A DNA stretch of 64,000 nucleotides from an uncultured Verrucomicrobiota bacterium (GTDB lineage: Bacteria; Verrucomicrobiota; Verrucomicrobiia; Limisphaerales; MWDV01): contig CAZJTM010000005.1 in assembly GCA_964548925.1 (NCBI GenBank), positions 1,689 through 65,688 of the forward strand, read 5' to 3'. The notes under the pieces were generated by a model, which saw only the letters and a program-made list of their open reading frames with translations, was not told the origin of the DNA and did no database searches. This document shows positions 59,064 through 64,000 of the stretch, piece by piece. Position numbers and translations under genes: made by a program. Numbering within the stretch: position 1 is the stretch's first letter; each line of letters opens with the position of its first letter.

Positions 59064-59784
59064 TGGGCGCACAGCCTTCGTGACAGGCGGCACGGGTGCG
59101 GTCGGCGTCGCGATCGTGCGATGTCTCGCCCGGCATGGCGCGCGAGTGGCGTTCTCGTTCCATGACAACGAAGACAAGGCCCACGAGCTCGAGCGCGAGT
59201 TCGCCGGAAAGCCGGTCAAGGCGTGGAAGCTCGATGTGTTGGAGGCGGCGGCGACCGTGCGGCTGGCGGAGATGGTGGAGCAGGAGTTGGGCGCAGTGGA
59301 CATTCTGGTGAACAACGCAGGCATCACCCAAGTGATGCCATTTGCGCTGATCGAGGAGGAAGACTGGGATCGGATCATGGACGTGAACGTGAAGGGGATG
59401 TTCCTTGTCACGAAAGCGTTTGTGCGGCCGATGATCCGCCGGAAGGCCGGGAGCATCGTCAACCTCGGCTCGCTAGCCGGCATGCGAGTGTTGGAAGTCC
59501 CGGTGCATTACGCCACAGCCAAGAGCGCCGTGGTGGGTTTTACCCTCGCACTCGCCCGCGAACTCGCGCGCTACGGCATCCGGGTCAACGCCGTCGTGCC
59601 CGGCCTGCTCACCGACGGCGTGAGCGGGAATGTGCCGGACAAGCAGCGGGAGGATTACGTGCAGCATTGCAGCGCAGGCCGAGCGGGCAAACCGGAAGAG
59701 GTCGCGGAACTCGTGGCGTTCCTCGCCAGCGAGCGCGCCAGCTACATTAACGCCCAAGCCATCCACGTTGACGGAGGCATCTGA
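59056..59784 (+). CDS. Second SDR ketoreductase (FabG-like)
   Basis: AFVTGGTGAVGVAIV, NNAG, YATAKSAV. SD GAAGGAG lies at 59043-59049. Confidence 0.85.
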   Translation: MLNGRTAFVTGGTGAVGVAIVRCLARHGARVAFSFHDNEDKAHELEREFAGKPVKAWKLDVLEAAATVRLAEMVEQELGAVDILVNNAGITQVMPFALIEEEDWDRIMDVNVKGMFLVTKAFVRPMIRRKAGSIVNLGSLAGMRVLEVPVHYATAKSAVVGFTLALARELARYGIRVNAVVPGLLTDGVSGNVPDKQREDYVQHCSAGRAGKPEEVAELVAFLASERASYINAQAIHVDGGI

Positions 59785-60227
59785 TGAAGTTCCGGTTCGT
59801 GGACAAGATCCTCGCGTGGACGCCGCACCAGCGGATCGTCGGTGTTAAGGCGGTGTCGTTCGAGGAGTATTGCCTGAAGGAACCGTTTGGCGACGAGGCG
59901 AAGCTGCCGGAGACGCTGCTGTTGGAGAGTTTCCTGCAACTGGGAAATTGGCTGCTGCTCCTTTCTTCGGATTTCAACCAAATGGGAATGGTCATCCGAA
60001 TTTCGGAGGCGCGCTTCCATGATGCACTCCGACCAGGCCAGCAAGTGCGCATGGAAGTGACTCTGTCCCGACGGCACGAGGATGGTTTTGAGCTGTCAGG
60101 CGAAGGCACGGTGGACGGGCGCACCATCATCACGGGTCTGGGTTGCCTTGCGGCGACAATCCCGGCCACTGAGTATGTGAAGCCGGACGACCTGCGCGTG
60201 CTGTTCTCGGAAATCTACCAGCCCTGA
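59784..60227 (+). CDS. Hotdog-fold FabZ/FabA-like protein lacking the catalytic His
   Basis: MKFRFVDKILAW...KEPFGDEAKLPETLLLESFLQLG aligns to the FabZ HFP..P.MPGVL..EA.AQ region, with KEPF instead of DHFP. TGATG junction. Confidence 0.6.
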   Translation: MKFRFVDKILAWTPHQRIVGVKAVSFEEYCLKEPFGDEAKLPETLLLESFLQLGNWLLLLSSDFNQMGMVIRISEARFHDALRPGQQVRMEVTLSRRHEDGFELSGEGTVDGRTIITGLGCLAATIPATEYVKPDDLRVLFSEIYQP

Positions 60228-60241
60228 GAGATTCTACCGGC

Positions 60242-61672
60242 GTGAGATCGTCCCGTCCATACACCTACCTGGGCACGGTGACCGGCATGTGCCGGCAATG
60301 CCGTGCGCTGGTTCCGGCGCGAGTGCTGGAGACGGACGGCGCGGTGTTTCAAGAGCGGCTCTGCCCGACGTGTGGCCCATCCCGAGCGCGCATCGCGGAT
60401 GACGTGGACTGGTATCTGGAGCGAACTGCGACCACCGTCCGCTGCAAGCCGGCCCGCCAGCCATGTTCATCGGTGATGGCGGGTTGCCCGCACGATTGCG
60501 GTCCCTGCCAGTTCCATGCGAACGCCTGCCACCTGCCGGTGTTCTCCGTCACGAACGCCTGCAACATGAACTGCCCGATCTGCTTCACCTACAACCGGGC
60601 GGATCGGAAGTATTTCATGGGCCGCAATGAGCTGCACGCGCTGCTGGACCGACTCATCGCGCGGGCCGGGCCGTTCGATTTGATCAACATCACCGGCGGC
60701 GAGCCGACACTGCATCCGGATATTCTGGAGTTGCTGCGGGAGTGCCAGCGACCCGAAATCGGGCGCGTAACGATGAACTCGAACGGGCTTCGCCTAGCTG
60801 CGGACGAGGACTTGTGCCGGGCATTGGCAGACCTGGGTGTTTACGTTGTGCTTTCCTTTGACACGTTCCGCAGCGAAAGGTCGGCGAAGATTCATGGGCG
60901 GGATGTGGTGGAGGTCAAGCGGCGGGCACTGGCGAACCTCCAGCGCTTCGGCGTCGGCACCACGCTGCTTAACGTCATGATCCGGGGGCTGAACGATGAT
61001 GAGATCGGCGATGTCATCGCGCTGGCCCGGAACCACCCGGTGGTGCGCAGCGTGACGGTCCAGACGATGACGTTCACCGGCCACGGCGGAAGGAACTTCC
61101 AGCCGCGCGAGACGATGCCGCTGGACGGGGCGGCCAAGGCCATCGAAACGGCGACAAACGGGGCGCTGCGCGCATGCGACTTCTTCCCGCATGCCGGGGC
61201 GCATCCCCTTTGCTACAGCGTGGCCTACTACCTCAAGGACCAAGACCACTACCGGTCCTTGACGGACTTGTTCACGGTCGAGCAACTGCGGCAGATGCTT
61301 GACCATGGCTATCTCCTGCAACCGGGCGAGGACAGTCAGGATGTGTTTCGCAGTGCTATTGACCGCCTGTGGGCAGCCGGAGACACCGCGGAGGTTCTGC
61401 CGTCCCTCCGGCGACTTGTGGAACAGATGTATCCACCGGGCTGGGTTCTGTCGCCAGCAGAGCGCCAAGCCGTGGCTGAAAAGAACCTGCTCGCCGTTTA
61501 CCTTCACTCGCACATGGACGAGGACACGCTCGACCTTGGTCGTCTGTCGACGTGCCCCGACCAGGTACCTGACCCGGACGGTCGCCTCATTCCAGCGTGC
61601 GCCTACAATCTTTTTTACCGCGAGAAAGATCCGCGGTTTTGGCGCCCATCTGAAATCGGAGGCCGGCAATGA
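60242..61672 (+). CDS. Radical SAM enzyme, Tes/MJ0619-like architecture (paralogue 1)
   Basis: CRQC...CPTC knuckles, GCPHDCGPCQFH...C auxiliary cluster motif, CNMNCPIC (Cx3Cx2C), GGEPTL. C-terminal ...YLHSHMDEDTLDLGRLSTC...DGRLIPACAYN. GTG start. Confidence 0.85.
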   Translation: MRSSRPYTYLGTVTGMCRQCRALVPARVLETDGAVFQERLCPTCGPSRARIADDVDWYLERTATTVRCKPARQPCSSVMAGCPHDCGPCQFHANACHLPVFSVTNACNMNCPICFTYNRADRKYFMGRNELHALLDRLIARAGPFDLINITGGEPTLHPDILELLRECQRPEIGRVTMNSNGLRLAADEDLCRALADLGVYVVLSFDTFRSERSAKIHGRDVVEVKRRALANLQRFGVGTTLLNVMIRGLNDDEIGDVIALARNHPVVRSVTVQTMTFTGHGGRNFQPRETMPLDGAAKAIETATNGALRACDFFPHAGAHPLCYSVAYYLKDQDHYRSLTDLFTVEQLRQMLDHGYLLQPGEDSQDVFRSAIDRLWAAGDTAEVLPSLRRLVEQMYPPGWVLSPAERQAVAEKNLLAVYLHSHMDEDTLDLGRLSTCPDQVPDPDGRLIPACAYNLFYREKDPRFWRPSEIGGRQ

Positions 61673-62271
61673 ACTCTACCGGCAGCCCAGCGCCCCAGGA
61701 CGGACGCGAACGATTCGCTCGATTTCTCGCCGGCGAAACAGCCGATCGCGTCTTCAGTCATCCCACGTGTCATCCATCACAACCGACAGGCTTCTGTCCG
61801 TGCGACCGTCCCTTGCTAGCCCGGCTGAGGTTTTATGTGCGAGCATGGCTGCTGCTGGCGGTGCTGAAGCAGGCCTTCAACCGACCCAAGATTGCGCTGT
61901 TGCGGCGGTTCGGCGCCCGAGTGGGCCGCAACGTGTATCTCTCGGCCGACCTTTGGATTGACCCCACGTTTCCCGAACTGCTTACCATCGAAGACGACGT
62001 GCTGGTCGGCGTGGGCGTCAAAATCGCGCTCCACGAATTCGGGCCGAACCAGTTTCGTGCCGGGCGGGTCATCATCCGGAAGGGCGCGGTGATCGGGGGC
62101 TTTGCGCTAATCGGGCACGGCGTGGAGATCGGCGAGGGCGCGGTCGTGGCCGGCGGCACTGCAGTGGGCCGCGACGTGCCGGCGGGCAAACTGGCGGTGG
62201 GCAACCCGGCCAGAATCTTCGCGCTGCCCGACGCTGGCGGCGGGACTCTGGACAGCTCAATCCATGAGTGA
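61669..62271 (+). CDS. Membrane-anchored hexapeptide-repeat (LbH) acyl/acetyltransferase
   Basis: A hydrophobic helix (YVRAWLLLAVL), then IEDDVLVGVGVKI...IRKGAVIGGFALIGHGVEIGEGAVVAGGTAVGRDVPAGKLAVGNPARI. ATGA overlap. Confidence 0.75.
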   Translation: MNSTGSPAPQDGRERFARFLAGETADRVFSHPTCHPSQPTGFCPCDRPLLARLRFYVRAWLLLAVLKQAFNRPKIALLRRFGARVGRNVYLSADLWIDPTFPELLTIEDDVLVGVGVKIALHEFGPNQFRAGRVIIRKGAVIGGFALIGHGVEIGEGAVVAGGTAVGRDVPAGKLAVGNPARIFALPDAGGGTLDSSIHE

Positions 62272-63646
62272 ATACCTCACCAGCACACGATCCACCTGCA
62301 AGACTTGCCTGCGGCTGGTTGCCGCACAGGTTTTCGTCGAATCGGACGGCATCTGGCTGCGCAAGATTTGCCCCGATCACGGGCCGCAGAGGACGCGTGT
62401 TTACGGAGACGCGGAGAGCTACTTGAGGTTGGGGCATTTCCATCGGCGGGCCTCGTTGCCGCTGGCCTTCGCCACGGAGAACAAGGGTTGTCCGGATTCC
62501 TGCGGGCTTTGCCCCGATCACGAACAGCACATCTGCCTCCCGATTATCGAAATCACCGATCACTGCAACCTGGAATGTCCAATTTGCCTGGTGACCAATC
62601 CCGGCACCTACCACCGCACGCGGGAAGAGGTGGCACGTGTGCTGGACGCACTCATCCGATCCGAAGGTCAGATTGACGTGCTGAACCTTTCCGGCGGCGA
62701 GCCGACATTGAACCCGCACTTCCGCGTAATCATCGAGGAATGCGTTGGACGAAAAGAAATCCTCCGGGTCAGCGTCTCCACGAACGGTTGCGTGCTCGCG
62801 CGCGACGCCGACCTGCTGCGCTTCCTCGCCGAACGCCGGGTGATCGTCTCGCTCCAGTTCGACGGCCAGCACGACGACATCCATCGAACGCTGCGCGGGC
62901 GGCCGATGCTCGAAGAGAAACGGCGGTTGATCGAACAGTGTGCGGCGCTGGACGCGGCCATGTCGCTCACGGCCACGGTGGTTGCGGGGGTCAACGACAC
63001 GCGGCTGGTGGAGATTGCCGACCTGCTGTTCGAGCACGACCACATTCTGAGCGTGATGTTTCAGCCGGCGGCGTACGCGGGCCACGCCACCGCGCTGGGT
63101 CGCCCAGTGGACGCAGCGACCATTCCCGATGTGATTGCGGCACTGGAAGGAGCCGGAGCCGGAACGGTTTCGAAGGGGGATTTTTCGCCGTTGCCGTGCA
63201 GCCATCCGGCCTGTTTCTCGCTGGCGTTCTACCTTCGAGTCGAGGATCACGCTTACCGGCCCGTCAAGCAGCTAGTCAGCGCGGAACGCTATCTGGACCT
63301 CATCCAAAACCGCGCGATCTTTGGGACGGACGCCGATAGCTTCGCTCAGATCAGCGAGGCCGTTTACGAACTGTGGTCCGGCCCGGCGGCGTTGTCGCCG
63401 GATTCGCAGAAGGCACTTCAGGCGGTCCGACGTCTGCTGGCTGAGAGCACGAGCGGCGGTGGTTACGCACCAAAGAAGGCGCTCACCGTCGCTGAACATT
63501 CCGTGAAGTCTATCTTCATCCACCAATTCATGGACCCGGAGACGTTCGATCTGTCGCGGGCGCGGAAGTGCTGCCAGGTCTATCCGCAGCCGGATGGGCG
63601 AATGATCCCGGTCTGTGTTCGTAACTGCGTGAAGGGCTGCTCATGA
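62264..63646 (+). CDS. Radical SAM enzyme, Tes/MJ0619-like architecture (paralogue 2)
   Basis: CKTC...CPDH, GCPDSCGLCPDHEQHIC, CNLECPIC, GGEPTL, PLPCSHPACFS. C-terminal IFIHQFMDPETFDLSRARKCC...DGRMIPVCVRNC. Confidence 0.85.
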   Translation: MSEYLTSTRSTCKTCLRLVAAQVFVESDGIWLRKICPDHGPQRTRVYGDAESYLRLGHFHRRASLPLAFATENKGCPDSCGLCPDHEQHICLPIIEITDHCNLECPICLVTNPGTYHRTREEVARVLDALIRSEGQIDVLNLSGGEPTLNPHFRVIIEECVGRKEILRVSVSTNGCVLARDADLLRFLAERRVIVSLQFDGQHDDIHRTLRGRPMLEEKRRLIEQCAALDAAMSLTATVVAGVNDTRLVEIADLLFEHDHILSVMFQPAAYAGHATALGRPVDAATIPDVIAALEGAGAGTVSKGDFSPLPCSHPACFSLAFYLRVEDHAYRPVKQLVSAERYLDLIQNRAIFGTDADSFAQISEAVYELWSGPAALSPDSQKALQAVRRLLAESTSGGGYAPKKALTVAEHSVKSIFIHQFMDPETFDLSRARKCCQVYPQPDGRMIPVCVRNCVKGCS

Positions 63647-64000
63647 CACCGATCCCCAAAAGAACGCTGATGGCAGTGAACCTGTTCGCATTCGCACTTT
63701 GTGCCGCGATGATTCTGGGCGGATGGTGGAACTACGCGCCTCCACTGATTCCGACGACCGCGCAAGGTGGAACAGCGCTTGAAAACGGACTGCCCATGAC
63801 GGACAAACCGGATTCGCAACCGACGGCGACCTCCCGGCCCATGTCGGTTCTGAAACAGTGGATTGTCGTGATCACAGCGTTCGGCGTGAAGCCGGTTTAC
63901 CTGCTCGTGTCGCTCGCAGTCATCATTGTGCTGTGGCGGCGGCCGGCGCCGGATTTGACAGCGCTGCGCTGGGGCCTGATCTGGTTTTGGGTCGGCGAAC
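63643..64000 (+). CDS. Polytopic membrane protein, N-terminal part (runs off window)
   Basis: ATGA overlap with the radical SAM stop. The frame stays open to the window end. MTPIPKRTLMAVNLFAFALCAAMILGGWW...WIVVITAFGVKPVYLLVSLAVIIVLW...WGLIWFWVGE. Confidence 0.45.
   Translation, partial: MTPIPKRTLMAVNLFAFALCAAMILGGWWNYAPPLIPTTAQGGTALENGLPMTDKPDSQPTATSRPMSVLKQWIVVITAFGVKPVYLLVSLAVIIVLWRRPAPDLTALRWGLIWFWVGE

Overview
High-GC (roughly 60-65% by eye) bacterial chromosomal segment. A DUF1559 prepilin-type protein, an Opitutus-like CE15 esterase and abundant PAS sensor kinases suggest Verrucomicrobiota or Planctomycetota; this is an inference. I saw no rRNA, tRNA, CRISPR array, transposase or integrase. 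Layout: (1) 1-6.2 kb holds accessory genes: a glycoside-hydrolase-like 5' end, a DNA methylase remnant, a prepilin-like protein, an MFS transporter and a 661-aa orphan. (2) 6.2-20.7 kb holds an almost complete assimilatory sulfate regulon: Rrf2 regulator, cysK, yezD, anion porin, sbp-cysTWA, sulfite reductase, cysH, cysDN. It is interrupted by a peroxiredoxin, a GxxExxY gene and a large hairpin. (3) 20.7-29.1 kb holds vapBC, a PduO-type adenosyltransferase, an amidase, gltA, and sucC/sucD split by a two-gene insertion. (4) 29.1-46.6 kb is a signal-transduction island with five histidine kinases or hybrids, two response regulators and one kinase-less sensor with a Cys-rich tail. It shows recent internal module duplications. 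(5) 46.7-54.4 kb is housekeeping: rsfS, nadD, a Pur-like protein, gdh and comM. (6) 54.4 kb to the window end is the most interesting part. It is a translationally coupled operon of at least 11 genes. It combines a private FAS-II/type-II-PKS-like set (a KS plus a Cys-less KS partner, two ketoreductases, two hotdog proteins, a long ACP, a nitroreductase-fold protein) with two paralogous Tes/MJ0619-like radical SAM enzymes, a hexapeptide acyltransferase and a membrane protein. I interpret it as a candidate pathway for an unusual, radically modified lipid. Two families of hairpin-forming intergenic repeats also occur. One family forms doublets that bracket a GxxExxY nuclease-fold gene, and related 9-mers bracket the other.
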